Below are positions 1 through 14,485 of a stretch of 64,000 nucleotides of DNA, piece by piece. A program made the position numbers and the translations under genes. The DNA is from Malacoraja senta. Its lineage: Eukaryota. Every line of letters starts with the position of its first letter. Positions within the stretch are counted from its first letter, which is position 1. Location: NCBI GenBank assembly GCA_038087875.1, contig CM075992.1:9116001-9180000 (forward strand), in the 5' to 3' direction. The notes beneath the pieces were generated by a model. It did no database searches, was not told the DNA's origin, and saw nothing but the letters and a program-made list of their open reading frames with translations.

Positions 1-1142
1 TCATCAAGACTCATTCAAATTGCGTTTTAAGATGCGGGATTGAAACACTTGACAACCATCAGAATACAGTCTGAATAGAATAGAGTCTGAAGAAGGGTTC
101 GGCCCGAAACGTTGCCTATTTCCTTCGCTCCATAGATGCTGCTGCACCCGCTGAGTTTCTCCAGCATTTTTGTGTACCTTCGATTTTCCAGCATCTGCAG
201 TTCCTTCTTAAACACAAACATCAGATGCTGGTTTAAAGCGGAGATACACACACACAAAGCTGGAGTAACTCAGCAGGTCAGACAGCATCTCTGGAGAAAA
301 GGAATAGGTGACGTTTCGGGACGAGGCAGTCTGAAGGCGGGTCTCGATCCGAAATGTCACCTATTCCTTTTCTCCAGAGATGCTGTCTGACCTGCTGAGT
401 TACTCCAGCTTTATGTGCCTATCTACAGATTAAGGTGATATTTATTTCCCTTGCAGCACTGAGAAATACCGAGTCCAACTGTGGCATGTCACCAAATTCT
501 GCATCCTCTGGAAACGAGATGAATGTATAAAATCATGAGGGGGGATAGGGTAAATGGTGTATTAAATCATTTGGGTGAATGTGCAGTCTTTTATCCAAGG
601 TAGGGGAAATCGAGAACTAGAGGACTTAGGTTAAAGGTGACAGTGGCAGGTTTAGTAGGAACCCGAGAGGCAATTTTTTACACTCAGAGGGTCGTGGGTT
701 TATGGAATGAGCTGCCAGAGGAGGTAGTTGAGGCAGATACTATGGTAGCATTTAAAAGACAGTTGGACTAGTATATGGATACGATAGGTTTGGAGGGATA
801 TGGGCCAAACGTGGGCAAATGGGACTAGCTTAGCTGGGGCATCTTGCATGGGATGGACAAGTTGGGCCAAAGGGCTATTTCTCTGCTGTATGACACTATG
901 AAAGAAGAATGCTCCCTCCACACATCCAATTAGGTAAGTGATTGTGTATGAGATTTCATTTGTCAAACCTTTGTTGAACTTGACACTCACAAGGAACAGC
1001 TAAAGATTTCCATGAAGAAAGTCCTGTGAATGAGATAATTCCCTCGACTCACAAACACTTAAACACTTTCACACAAAAACCTGCTATACATAAATTATAG
1101 GTTTTCAACATTCAGTTGTTTATAGGAAAGATGCATAATTAC

Positions 1143-1362
1143 CTTCATAACGAGAGTGTCCTTAAAGTTGCTCATCAACTTATGATCTTTTATTCTACTT
1201 TTATTTATTTCGTTCACTAGCTGTTTTGTTCTTTCACATATCCCGTCTACACTAGAATCAGGTCCCACAAAACAGTTTGAGGGCTTGCCATTGAAGTCAA
1301 GTGTGGAATCTTCAATATCAGAGGTTGTCATGGCATCATCCATTAAGCTGCTAGATTCCTCT
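1143..1362 (-). CDS. SYCE2: SYCE2 internal coding exon (synaptonemal complex central element protein 2)
   Basis: Encodes ...DSSVDGICERTKQLVNEINKSRIKDHKLMSNFKDTLVMK, matching my recollection of the human SYCE2 core (SSLDSSIDILQKRAQELIENINKSRQKDHALMTNFRNSLKTK). Pyrimidine tract + CAG acceptor (ttcccttgcaacag|A) and AAG|gtaatt donor; 220 nt, phase 2 in and phase 0 out. No downstream exon recognised in the window. Confidence 0.9.
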
Positions 1363-2139
1363 CTGTTGCAAGGGAATGAAAAAACAGAATCAATAGACAA
1401 TAGACGCAGGAGTAGGCCATTTGGCCCTTCGAGCCAGCACCGCCATTCAATGTGATCATGGCTGATCATCCCCACTCAGTTCCCCGTTCCTGCCTTCTCC
1501 CCATATTCCCTGACCGCTATTTTTAAGAGCCCTATCTAGTTCTCTCTTGAAAGCATCCAGAGAACCTGCCTCCACCGCCCTGAGGCAGAGAATTCCACAG
1601 AATCAGACCGTTGGGAGACCATAGATAGACACAAAAAGCTGGAGTAACTCAGCGGGTCAGGCAGCATCTCTGGAGAAAAGGAATAGGTGACGTTTCGGGT
1701 CGAGACCCTTCTTCAGGTGACCATGGTATCATAGGTGACCATGATACTGATAGTCAAGTCATTTCTTAAACAGAGGTGCAGTGCCACAACTAGATACACT
1801 GACAGATCTAGATCTTTTAAAGGAAGAAACACAACCTTCTTTATTTCTTGTTCACCGTCGGTGCAAGAAATAAACCAGAGAGAACCCTGTAAAATGTAAC
1901 GAGAACCCCATATAGGTTGTAGTACACTTTCAAGGGTGAGCGTAAGCAACAGAGATTGTTGTGCACATTGGTACCCATGACATGGAAACAAAAGGGATGA
2001 CATTCTGAGGAATGAATATAGGTTGAATATATGGGTTATGAATGTATTTAATTTTCTTGTTTATTATATGTTATCTCTAAGTATTGTGTTTACAGGCCTG
2101 TTCTGCTGCTGCTAGTAAGAATTTCATTCGTGTATATAT

Positions 2140-4720
2140 GGCAGTTCAACACTCTTGAGTTTGGAAAGAAGTTAGAAAGCAGGACCTGGAGGGCGGTAAT
2201 CTCTGGATTACTTCCATTGCCGTGTGCTAGTGAAGGCAGAAATACAAGGATAAGGCAGAGGAATGTGTGGCTGAGAAGCTGGTGTGGGGGAGCAGCGGTT
2301 ATTGTTCTTAGATCATTGGCATCTCTTACAGGGCAGAAGTAATCTACAGGAGGCATGTGTTGAATCTGAACTGGAAGGGGCACCAATATTTTAGGAGGAA
2401 GATTTGTAGCGCTCCTCAGGAGAGTTTAGTTTAGAGATACATCACGGAACCAGGCCCTTCGGCCCGCCAAGTCTGTGCCGACCAGCGATCACCTGTCCAC
2501 TAGGACTATCCTACACCCTAGGGACAATTTACGGTTTACATCTTACAGTTTTTACCAAAGCCAATTAAACTAAAATCCTGTGCGTCTTTGTGGAGTGTGG
2601 GAGAAACCCCATGCGGTCACAGTGGAAACATATAAACTCCGTACACACAGCACCTGTAGTCAGGATCGAACCCGGGTCTCTGGTGTTGTAAGGTGGCAAC
2701 TCTCCCGCTGAGCCACTGTGCCGCCCTAAACTAGATTGGTAGGGGGATGGGTCCAAGGACAGAAAAGGGGAAGGTGAAAAGTTGTGGACAAGTACTGTAG
2801 TTAAAGAGAGCAAGTTTAGTACACAGGACAGCCAGGAGAAGGGCGAAGAGAAAGAGAAGACTGGAGGTTTAAACTGCATGTGTTTCAAGGCAAGAGACTT
2901 AACAGTTCAAGCAGACAAACTCAGGGTGTGGATTAGCTCAGGAGACTGAGATATTACAGCCATTACAGAAACATGGCTGCAAGAAGGGCAGATCTGACAG
3001 CTCAATGTTCCAGGGTATTTCAGAGGGAACTTAGTTCCAGGGGGAACTTACAGAATAATGAATGGCATAGATAGAGTGGATGTGGAAAGGGTGTTTCCAC
3101 TGGTAGGAGAGTCTAGGACCAGAGGTCACAGCCTCAGAATTAAAGGACGCTCTTTTAGAAAGGAGGTGAGGAGGAACTTTAGTCAGAGGGTAGTTAATCT
3201 GTGGAACTCATTGCCACATAGGTCTGTGGAGGCCAAGTCAATAGATATTTTTAAGGCAGAGATAGCCAAATTCTTGATTGGAACGTGTGTCAAGGGTTAT
3301 GGGGAGAAGGGATTAGGAGGCAGAGATCAGTCATGATTGAATGGCAGAATAGACTCGATGGGCCGAATGGCCTAATTCTACTCCTATAACTTGTGAACTT
3401 GGTATAGACAAAAGTACAAGTAAAGGGTATGAGTTTTTTTGATGAGGGGGAAACTTAACAACGGTGCTTAGAGAGGATATTCTTGGGGGTTCGTCCAGTT
3501 AGTATAGGTAGCATTTTGAAACAAGAAGGGGATGATCACTGCGATAGGACTATTATGTGCCTCCCTATATTCAGTGAGAATTAGTGGAGTTGATGTGCCA
3601 AGAGATCGCAGAGAGTTGCAACAATAATAGGGTAGTGTTAAGGGGAGATTTTAACTTCCCTAATATTGACTGGGTCACCCCCCCCCCCCCCACGCGAAGG
3701 GTTTGGATGGGGAGGAATTAGTCAAATATGTTTAAGATAGCTTCCTTGATAAATATATGGTGGCCCCCACTAGAGAGGGGCCCATCATGTATTGTGGACC
3801 TTTCCTCAGGTGGACAGTGGGCCTTCTCTCAGGGAAAGAGGTAGGGCAAGTGACTGAAGTGTCAGTGGGGGGATCACTTTGGGACCAGTGCCAATCATTT
3901 TTGTTTACTATAAGAAAGACATCGTTAAGCTGGAAAGAGTGCAAAGATTTGCAGGAATGTTGCCAGCACACAAGGACATGAGTTATAGGGCGAGTTTGAG
4001 CTGGCTAAGGCTTTATTCACTGGAGCATAGGAGACTGAGGCATGATCCTAGAGAGGTGTATAGAATCATGTGGGGCAGAGATAATGTGAATGTAGTCTTT
4101 TTCCTGGAGTAGGGGAATCAAGAACTAGAGGGTCATAAGGTTATACGGAATAGGAGTAGAATTAGACCATTCGGCCCATCAAGTCTACTCCGCCATTCAA
4201 TCATGGCTGATCTATCCCTCCCTCCTAACTCCATTCTCCTGCCTTCTCACCATAACCTCAAACACCTGTACTAATCAAGAATCTATCTATCTCTGCCTTA
4301 AAAATATCCACTCACTTGACCTCCACAGCCTTCTGTGGCAAAGAATTCCACAGATTCACCACCCACTGACTAAAGAAATGTTTCCTCATCTCCTTCCTAA
4401 AAGAACGTCCTTTAATTTTGAGGGCATAGGTTTCAGGTGAAGGCGGAAAGATTTAATAGGGAACTGAGGGGCAACTTTTTCACACAGAGGATAGTGGTAT
4501 ATGGAAGGAACCAGCAGCGGAATTGGTTGAGACAGGTACAATAACAACATTTAAAAGACTTGGACAAGTACATGGATAGGATAGGTATATGGATAGAAAA
4601 GGGTTGGAGGGATATCAGCCTAATGCAAGCAAATGGGACTATCTTAGATGGGCATCTAGGTCAGTATGCATGAGTGGGGCTGAAGAGCCTGATTCTGTAC
4701 TGTATTTCTCCATGACTCTA
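2140..4720 (+). mobile_element. Cluster of nested, degraded CR1 LINE fragments
   Basis: Translations such as ESRTRGHSLRIKGRSFRKEVRRNFSQRVVNLWNSLP, plus endonuclease remnants (ggagattttaacttccct = GDFNFP). Confidence 0.75.
2425..2731 (-). mobile_element. tRNA-derived V-SINE (HE1-like)
   Basis: Reverse complement of the 7252 copy: tRNA-like head with box B (ggttcgatcc) and ctaaac tail. Confidence 0.75.
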
Positions 4721-7251
4721 TAGCCAACTATAAATACAGTGAGGGGATTACATGTGATAGCAAGAGCTGCATTGTGAGTGAGAGTGTATGAACTGGTTCT
4801 GTTTGGTTGATGCTATCTCAATATATACTATCTATATATTACCTGGATAATTCTATCCATATAAAGGATTTTTTAACATGTTTTCAACACAGATGACATT
4901 CCATTCAGGGGAATTGCTGAATGCCTTGAACAAATAATACGAATGGGTGTTTCACATGCTATTGTGTTGCTGAGATTGGATAAATCAACAACATGCTAAT
5001 CTGTGATGGAGAACCACAAAGATGATCATACTATCAAGAGGCAAGAGCATTTTATTGTCATATGTCCCGGATGGGACAATGAAATTCTTACTTGCTGCAA
5101 CACAACAGAATATGTGAATATGTAAACATAGTACATAACAGGGGAAGAGATTTTAAAAAATAGAAAAAGTTCAATAAATATCAAATATAGTGCAATAATA
5201 ATAGTCTAATATGGATACCGTTTCTTGAATTTCTACAATTTGTCTTCTGCTCGCAAGAGATTTTCTGGATTGATTAAAATTGGCACTTTCCCTTCTTCAC
5301 ATAAAAGACCAGCTGGGTGCGAGACTGAAGAATAAAACAGGTCAGCTTTCGACTGATTCCAGCAGGTTCTTGGCAGAAGCCAGCTGGTGATGTTAGAGTA
5401 GGCACATGATGTAAAGGCTGCACACTGGAATTTAAGGAATAGCTCTCTCTGGGATGGTGCATTATCCTGGCAAGATAGAATTTTGCAGCACAATAAAACA
5501 TTTAGCCCAAGTGCTCTAAGCCAGCGTTTATGCTCCTCACAAGCAGTCTCACTTTGGTTCATTTAGATTTGTCAGCACAGCCTTTCTCTCTTTTTCTCTC
5601 TTTAATGCAAGGTTACGACCTCCATTAAGGTAGTAATGGAATTCCTTATCAAACATGTTAAGCATTACTATAATAATTGTCAGGAAGCATTTATTTTGCC
5701 AGAATATTGTTTATTTATCAGAATTCTAGGTCGTACTAGTTAAAGAAAATAAATACCTTGTACATAAATCATACCTTGGTACGAAGTGCTTCAAACTTCA
5801 AATGACCTGGGGGCAAAAATATCCAGCACTTTGCCAAACTTTAAAAGTGCTATCTTTTTTTAAAATCCAGTGTGCAGGGGGATGGAAGATGAATGTGTGA
5901 ATGCAAAAGGAAAGAACAGGGGCCAGATGCTGCAAAGCCACAGGGAGGTTCTGCTATACCGAAGACTAGCATAGATGGGCTTATGGTTCATTTCACCTCA
6001 CTTGCCATGACCTGCGTGGGTTTTCTCCGAGATCTTCGGTTTCCTCCCACATTCCAGTCATACAGGTTTGCTGGTTAATTGGCTTGGTATGCAAAACAAT
6101 TTAAATTGTCCGTAGTATGGGTAGGATAGTGTTAATGTGCGGGGATCGGACTAGGTGGGCTGTATCTCAAAGCAAAATTCAAAAGGGCACCTTGTTCAAA
6201 AAATAATCTAAATGAAAATCTAATCCAGAGTTGCAAGAAGCCAAACAATGAATAAATAATTGTCAATTTGATAAATACTCCCCCATGAAAGTGCCGGACC
6301 TAGAATGGGTCAGAGCAAGGACAGAATGAGTGGAAGATTTGAAACCAAGAGGCCCACTTGGATTGGAATTAGGAGCACGCTATGCGAGTCATGAAGATGT
6401 GGTCTGGGATTTCAGCTGGGAACTAGATGGAAGTGGAGAGGGGCAATTGTGTAAGAGGAAGCAATCTGACCTTGGGATTGAGCAGTGAAAAGTACCTTCT
6501 CATCCCCAAGTTTAATAGAAAATATTTCACCAGGAGCATGAGATGAATGGGAACTGGTTAGTTTCAAATAGTGGGATGAACATTTTACAATAGAACAGGA
6601 CAACACAGGAACAGGCCCTTCGCCACACAATGTCTGTGTCAAAAGTGATGCCAATTTAAAAAACTAATTTCCTCTATCTGCATGTGATCCTTCCTCCATT
6701 CCCTGTATATCCATGTGCCTATCTAAAAGCCTCTTCAACACACTATCATTCACCACCTCTGACAATGGGATCCAAGCACCCACTACTCTCTGTGTAAAAA
6801 CGAGCCCAACAAACCACCTTTAAACTTTCCCCTCTCTCACCGTAAAACTATGTCTCCAGTCTTTGATGAAAGGATTAAAGACAAAAAAATCATTATTATG
6901 CTGAGCCAATTGAGCGCTTTTGGTTATTTACTGAAAATAAAGGATGCTTCTCTTATTAAAATTTAGATTATATTTGAACAATACAAGTTGAATCAATTAA
7001 TTAATACAATGAATTCATCTATGTTGTTCCTTGCAAGCTAGGAAAAATGGCCACTTCCCAAATTGAGAACTGAGGTTACAATGCAGGAATATGCAATATG
7101 CTAAAATGCTTTGGAGCTAGTATTGTATTTCTCTATAACTAACTATAAATACAGTGAGGGGATTACATGTGATAGTAAGAGCTGCATTGTGAATGAAAGT
7201 GTATGAACTGGTTCTGTTTGGTTGATACCATCTCAAAACATTGTCAGCCAC

Positions 7252-7560
7252 AGTGGCACAGCGGTAGAGTTACTGCCTTACAGCGAATGCAGTGCCAGAG
7301 ACCCGGGTTTGATCCCGACTACGGTGCTCTCTGTACGGAGTTTGTACGTTCTCCCCGTGACCTGCGTGGATTTTCTTCAAGATCTTCGGTTTCCTCCCAC
7401 ACTCCAAAGACGTACAGGTATGTAGGTTAATTGGCTTGGTAAATGTAAAATTGTCCCCAGTGGGTATCGGATAGTGTTAATGTGCGTGGATCGCTGTTCG
7501 GCCCGGACCCGGTGGGCCGAAGGGCCTGTTTCCGCGCTGTATCTCTAAACTAAACTAAAC
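7252..7560 (+). mobile_element. tRNA-derived V-SINE (HE1-like); further copies near 6000, 10960, 21610, 22205 and 54195
   Basis: Box A-like tggcacagcgg, box B-like ggtttgatcc, conserved central block (gtttgtacgttctccccgtgacctgcgtgg...tcctcccacactccaaagac), CR1-like tail ending in (ctaaa)n. Confidence 0.8.
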
Positions 7561-9696
7561 AATATGTTACCTGGTTAATTCTATCCATCAGTAGTGACAA
7601 ACTGCAGAGAAAGGATTTTTAACATGTATTCAAACACAGATGACATTCCATACAGGAATGATGCATAGGTTTTGGAGAGGGTAGAGAAGAGCTTTACCAG
7701 ACTGGGGCCTGGATTAGAGGGTATTAGCTCAAAAGAGAGCTTGGACAAATTTGGATTATTTTCTCTGGAGCGTCGGAAGTTGAGGGGGAGACCTGATAGA
7801 AGTCTATAAAATTTTGAGAGGCAAAGATAGGGTACAGTCAGAACCTTTCTCCAAGGGTGGAAATGTTAATACCTAAAGGGCATAACTTTAAGGTAAGAGG
7901 GGCAACCTTTAAAGGACGTGCAGCCCAAGTTTTTGTTTTACACAGGTGGGTGTCTGGAACGTGCTGCCAGGTCTGGTGGTGGAGGCAGCTATGTTGGTGA
8001 CGTTTAAGAAGCTTTTAGCTAGGCACAAAGAAGAAATATGGATCATGTGCAGGCAGAGATTAGTTTAACCTGGCATCAAGTTCAGCACGGATGCTGTGGG
8101 CCAAAGGGCCTGCTCCTGTGCTGTACTGTTCCAGCGATGGATAGCTGCAGTTGAAGGAGCTGCTGTGTGTTAGAAAATGGTGCTGCTGAAACATGAAGCA
8201 TGACATACGCAGAAAATGTTAAATCTCCAAATATCAGTAATATCTGTGTTCAATATTTAAATCATTGCCAAAGTCACACCAGCTTTTTCAATAGCGACAT
8301 GAATTGCATTTGGCTTAGTCTCCCAGACCTAAAACACCAATGGACATTTCCCCATTACTGCCCTTATTTATCTTTTATAACTAAATTGTCCATCCATCCT
8401 TTTTGGCCTTGCGTGCTTGAATACAAGATGTTTTGCTTTAACAAAATAATCTAATGTTCAGTTACTCCCAGCTGGCATTATTACACCCAAGTGCAAAATG
8501 TCATTGCTAACAAAATCATCACCAACATGTCATCTACCAACATGCTCCACTCAAAGCAGCAGATAAACCTCTTTAATAGTTATAACTGACATTAATGCTG
8601 AGAAATTCAATTGTCAATGCTGCTTTTTTCAGAATAAGGCAATTGAAAATATGTTTATTTCCCCCAAGTGAAATGCAATAACAACCTTTCCTGGAGCCAT
8701 AACTGCAAATGCCAGAACCTTGAACAAAAACAGTGCTGGCCACGCAGCCACTAGAAGGAATGGATAGACAATGTTTCGGGTCTCTCTCCTGCATTTGTTT
8801 CGAGTCATAAAATAGTGAAAGATCAACAATACAAAAGAAGGCCATTTAACTACCATGTCCGCGCTTTCAATAAAGATCTAATGGTTCTTAGCTATTAATC
8901 CCATCTTCCAACACTGGGTCTGTCGTCTTCCAGGTCACAGCTTTTCAAGTACACATCAATGTATTTTACAAATGGAATGAGAGTTTCTTGCCTCAATCCT
9001 TTTCAAGCAGTGAGTTTTAGACCACCCACCAACCTCTGGGTGAAAAGCTGTTTCCTTATCTCCCCTGTAATCAATCATCTACCAATTACTTTGAAATTCA
9101 TCACACTCCTGGTGGTTGTCACCTATACTCAGGGGATTGTGGTCCTCTTTTTTACAAGGCATCCTGAGTAACAAATGGGCTCTGTTTTTACAGACATTGA
9201 TAACGTAATTTTCTCCATTGATTGGAAAATACACAAACATCACTCAATATTGTACCATATGCTGTAACATTGTAGTGAATTGCACCAAAACCAGACGAGA
9301 CTGACAAGAAAGAACAATTAAGAAACGTGGAGAGAGATAGAAAAGTGGTAATTAAAGATAGACACAAAATGCTGGAGTAATTCAGCATCCCTGGAGAAAA
9401 GGAATACATAACATTTGTAGGAAGGAACTGCAGATGCTTGTTTAAACTGAAGATAGACACAAATGTTGGAGTAACTCAGCGGGGCAGGCAGCATCTCTGG
9501 AGAAAAGGAATGGGTGATGTTTCGGATCGAGACCCTTCTTCAGATTGAAAGTCACAGGAAAGGGAAACGAGAGATATAGACGATGATGTAGAAAGATATA
9601 GAACAAATTAATGAAAGTTTTGCAATAAAGCAACAATGATAAAGGAAACGGCTCATTATTAGCTGTAGAGAGGTGAGAACAAGAAGCTGGTGTGAC

Positions 9697-10440
9697 ATAG
9701 ATACATAGAAAATAGGTGCAGGAGTAGGCCATTCGGCCCTTCGAGCCTGCACCGCCATTCAATATGATCATGGCTGATCATCCAACTCAGTATCCCGTAC
9801 CTGCCTTCTCTCCATACCCACTGATCCCTTTAGCCACAAGGGCCACATCTAACTCCCTCTTAAATATAGCCAATGAACTGGCCTCAACTACCCTCTGTGG
9901 CAGAGAGTTCCAGAGATTCACCACTCTCTGTGTGAAAAATGTTTTTCTCATCTCGGTCTTAAAGGATTTCCCCCTTATCCTTAAGCTGTGACCCCTTGTC
10001 CTGGACTTCCCCAACATCGGGAACAATCTTCCTGCATCTAGCCTGTCCAACCCCATAAGAATTTTGTAAGTTTCTATAAGATCCCCTCTCAATCTCCTAA
10101 ATTCTAGTGAGTATAAGCCGAGTCTATCCAGTCTTTCTTCATATGAAAGTCCTGACATCCCAGGAATCAGTCTGGTGAACCTTCTCTGCACTCTATGGCA
10201 ATAATGTCCTTCCTCAGATTTGGAGACCAAAACTGTATGCAATACTCCAGGTGTGGTCTCACCAAGACCCTGTACAACTGCAGTAGAACCTCCCTGCTCC
10301 TATACTCAAATCCTTTTGCTATGAAATCTAACATACCATTCGCTTTCTTCACTGCCTGCTGCACCTGCATGCCTACTTTCAATGACTGGTGTACCATGAC
10401 ACCCAGGTCTCGCTGCATCTCCCCTTTTCCTAATCGGCCA
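9697..10440 (-). mobile_element. 5'-truncated young CR1 LINE inserted into a Penelope-derived fragment
   Basis: Nearly identical to 28755-29503; encodes the ORF2 C-terminus (RPHLEYCIQFWSP...RVVNLWNSLP). Confidence 0.9.
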
Positions 10441-12088
10441 CCAGGTGGGGGAGGGATGGAGAGAGATGCAGGGGTTACTTGAAGTTAGAGAAATCAATAT
10501 TCATACCCCTGGGTTGGAAACTGCCCAAGCAAAATATGAGATGCTGTTCCTCCAATACGTGAATACGTGACATTTTGGGTCGAGACCCTTCCTCAGACTG
10601 AGATTCAGGAGAGGGAAACTAGCTCTGCCATTTATAGCAACGAATGCATGCATGTGTGTTGGACTTTAGTATTGAATAACACGAGTGGGTTGAGTGTTTA
10701 TAACATAGGGACGGCCTGTACTTTAACTTTAGCACCTCATAATTTTATGCATTTCTAATAAATCTGCCTCCAGTTTATCCAATCCTTCCTCATAGCTGAA
10801 AACTTCCAAACCTGCAATATTCATAATCTCTGCTGCACTTTCAGCAGTGCAATCACAACTTTCTTGTAATGTAGTAAGAAAACTATATGCTGTTCTCAAG
10901 ATGTGGTTTTGGTTGCAGCATAAACTTCCTGCACTTACGTTTATCTGCCGCATCTTTAGACTTTACTGATACAACTTGGAAACGCCGACCAGTGATCATC
11001 TCGTGCACTAACACTATCCTACATGCGAGGGACAATTTACAATTTGAAGCCGATTAACCTATAAACCTGTACGTCTTGGAAGTATGGGAGGAAACTGGAG
11101 CACCCGGTCTCAGGGAATGAACGAGACACCTAATGAAATATCCTCTGCCTTTTGTCAATATGGACACAAAGTGCTGGAGTAACTCAGCAGGTCAGACAGC
11201 ATCTTTGGAGAACATGGATAGGTGACATTTCGTGTCAAGATCCTTCTTTGGCTTATCCTCTGCCATATTTGATGGAACCCTCAGATGCACTTCCTCCCTC
11301 CTGCCCAGACAGAATATAGCCAGTGTTTCCGAAATCCGCATCTTGCACCTTACAGCGTCCACATCCAGCCCGTCACCATTTCTACCCTTTGGCCCACTAA
11401 GTCCACGCCGACCATCGATCACCCATTCACACTAATTAGGGTCTTAGAAACAGGCCCTTTGGGCCGAATTGTCCATGCTGACCAAGATGCCCAATCTACG
11501 CTAGTCCCAACTGCCCGCCTTTGGCCCATATCCTTCTAAACCTTTCCGATCCATGTACCTGTCTGAATGCCTTTTAAATGTTGTAGTACCTGCCTCAACT
11601 ACCTCCTCTAGCAGCTTATTCCATATAACACCAACTTCGGTGTGAGAAAGTTGCCCCAGGTTCCTATTAAATCTTTTCCTTCTCACCTTAAACCTCTGCC
11701 CTCTGGTTCTTGATTTGTCTACTTTGGGTAAAAAAGTCTGTGGATGCGCTCTATCTATGTCCCTCATGATTTCAGGGCTGCCAACTCTCACGCATTGAGC
11801 TTGAGAATCACGCATTTCGCCAAATTCTCATGTTCTCACGCTGATCACAGAATTTCTCACGCTCTGTCATGAGAAATTCTGTGATCAACAAGAATTTCAA
11901 AACAAATATCAACTGCATGGGCCGCGGGTGTTGGAGAGCGGGGCGGAGGGAGGGATGGAAGCAGAAGCAGCGGTGGGGACAGATGCGGACGGGGAGCTGG
12001 GGCTGGCGAGGGTTTGCCAGGCTGGCGAGTGTTTGCCGGGCTGTCGAGTGTTTGCCGGGATGGCGAGTCGCTCGCTGCAGCTCCGGCC

Positions 12089-12244
12089 ATGGATCAGCTT
12101 CAGTTCAAGAGTCCCGGGCCGTCTGAGGTGTCAGAAGCATTGCGCCGCTGCCGTGAGAGTCTCTGTGCCGAATTCGCCCTGGTGACCAGCATGGACCAGG
12201 CTGCGGCTCGGTGCATCCTGGAGGACAACCAGTGGCTGCTGGAA
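12089..12244 (+). pseudogene. TDP2: Captured TDP2 exon 1 (N-terminal UBA-like domain) with splice donor
   Basis: ccggccATGG start. RESLCAEFALVTSMDQAAARCILEDNQWLLE resembles recalled human TDP2 RRLLCVEFASVASCDAAVAQCFLAENDWEME, and is followed by GAA|gtaggt. No further TDP2 exons seen; lies inside the TIR element. Confidence 0.75.
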
Positions 12245-14485
12245 GTAGGTGCCAAGCACTGGGTAGAAGGGTGGAAGATAGTGGCCCTTCAAATGAGGGT
12301 GGTTGGAGAAAGCATCCTGCTTGCTTGCTAGATTTTCACTTACTGTAACTGCAGGAAAAATGTTAGGGGGAGTTCAGAATCAGGGATCACTCAGCTTAAG
12401 AATAAGGGGTTGGCTATTTAGGACTGAGATGAGGACAAACTTTCTTCACCCAGAGAGTTGTGAATCTGTGGAATTCTCTGCCACAGAAGGCAGTGGAAGT
12501 CAATTCACTGGATGTTTTCAGGAGAAAGTTACATTTAGCTCTTGGGGCAAGCGAAATCAAGGGATATGGGGAAAAAACAGGAAAGAGGTACTGATTTTAG
12601 ATGAACAGCCATGATCATATTGAATGGCAGTGCTGGCCCGAAGGGCCGAATGGCCTATTCCTGCACCTATTTTCTATGTTTCTATGCTTGAGTATATGGC
12701 AATAAAACTCGACCACTTGATTTTGAAGCATTCATGCTTGGTGGAGGTATAATGTAGTCATAGAGTGATACAGTGTGAAAACAGGCCCTTCGGCCCAACT
12801 TGCCCACACCCGCCAACATGTCCCAGCTACACTAATTGCTTTTGGTCCATATCCCTCCAAACCTGTCCTATCCATGTATCAGTCTAACTGTTTCTTAAAT
12901 GTTGGGATAGTCCCTGCCTCAACCACCTCCTCTGGCAGCTTATTCCATACACCCACCACCCTTTGTGTGGAAAAGGTTACCCCTTAAAAAGTTACCTCTT
13001 AAAAATACGTCAAACAAAAACCATTGAAATCATACTTCTACAATGCACTAAAACATGATTTTAATACATCAAATTTCAAAACGTCCCTACCACCACTCAG
13101 TTGCTCCACTCCCTCGCCGGGTACCCCCAATGCCAGTGATCAGTGATCGCTCAGCCTCGCCACTATCAAAAATGCTCCACGGCCCCTGGTTCAGACGGAG
13201 AGCACTGCCAGATGTGAGTTGAGAACTGAGGCCAGTTGTCTGTGATGTCTGGATCCCAATGCTCAGCGCTTCGTGTTTCAGAGTTGGCTAATTTTATTGA
13301 TTTGTTATTAGCCTGATTTGTAATTAATTGACAAAACCTTAATTTATGAATCCAGAATATCCAGGGGAATGGGATAAGTGTAATATTAAAATGACATGCA
13401 AGGTGTCAGGCTGTCTGTCACAACATACAGCCCCGATAACCCATTATTTCCTTCAGTTAAATATTGGGAAGGTGGCACTATTGTCATTTGCCACTCAACT
13501 ATTATGTTTGTTCACCTCACTGACTATTTCTAAACACCCCCCCCCCCAAATTCCTTTGACCGGTTGAATAGAAATGTCCCCAATCTCATTGTTTTATTAA
13601 TTGAACACGTAGATGAACATCCTCAAGGAGTGTAATCAGATGGAAACTGATTCAGATGCGATGTTTAAGAGCTTGTTCAAAGAAGGGGGATATTTTAAAG
13701 AAGTGACAGAGATACTTGCTGGGGAATGTGTGAGGAAGTTATTATTTGTCTTTAGTTTTAGCTTGAACCAGGACATCTGAAGATTCAAAGTTTAATATAG
13801 TAATTGTGCTGATACTGACTCCAACCAACCACGTAATGAATATCATCCATTCCGGAGGTTTTATTTTTCTGATGCCATTTAAACTTCACTTGGATTTCAA
13901 TCACTCCAATGTAAAAGTAATTGAGAATGGGGAGCATTGGAACAAAAATTTGCCCTCGGTACATATTAACTGTAATATAATAATGTATGCATGTTGGTAT
14001 GTGCAATCAAAACAAAGATCTTTTTTATGATTGTTGTGATGAATACCACAGAAAATATTATGTACTCTCAAGATCACATTTAATAGAATATTATTGCTTA
14101 AATATATAGTTATTGGACTTTGCATTTCGGAAATGTCCCAGCTGAGAGGAAGACAGCAAAATACTGAAAATATTGGGGGTGAAAATGACTTCAGGACAGT
14201 TTGTTAGGAAAATTAAGGAAATGGTAACAGAATACTTATACAGCTGAGTGAGTATAATTTTGTGGATGAGAAATTGTGTTCAACCAATTGATGACTTCTT
14301 TGACAAAGTAACTAGCATGTTAGATAACAAGGAAGCCAATGAATGTAGCAAATTTTGTTATACAAAATTTGGTCCGTGAAGTGCTCCATAAAAGATTACC
14401 GCATTAGATAAGCACCTGTGGATGTAATAGGTTAAGTCCAGGGGGTCAGATATGGGGCTTTATATGTGGGCCAGATATATTGTCA

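Noticed and set aside
5233..5430. Possible extra SYCE2 exon (minus-strand acceptor at ~5428)
   Set aside because: No similarity to SYCE2, frames hit stops before a convincing donor, and the two called exons already join in phase.
12014..12331. The authentic TDP2 gene
   Set aside because: No phosphodiesterase-domain exons recognised downstream; the exon lies between TIRs with a TSD inside another gene's intron.
13600..14410. Short ORFs inside the Pack element as transposase or further exons
   Set aside because: The part that can be recognised is decayed CR1 RT sequence; no DDE motifs.
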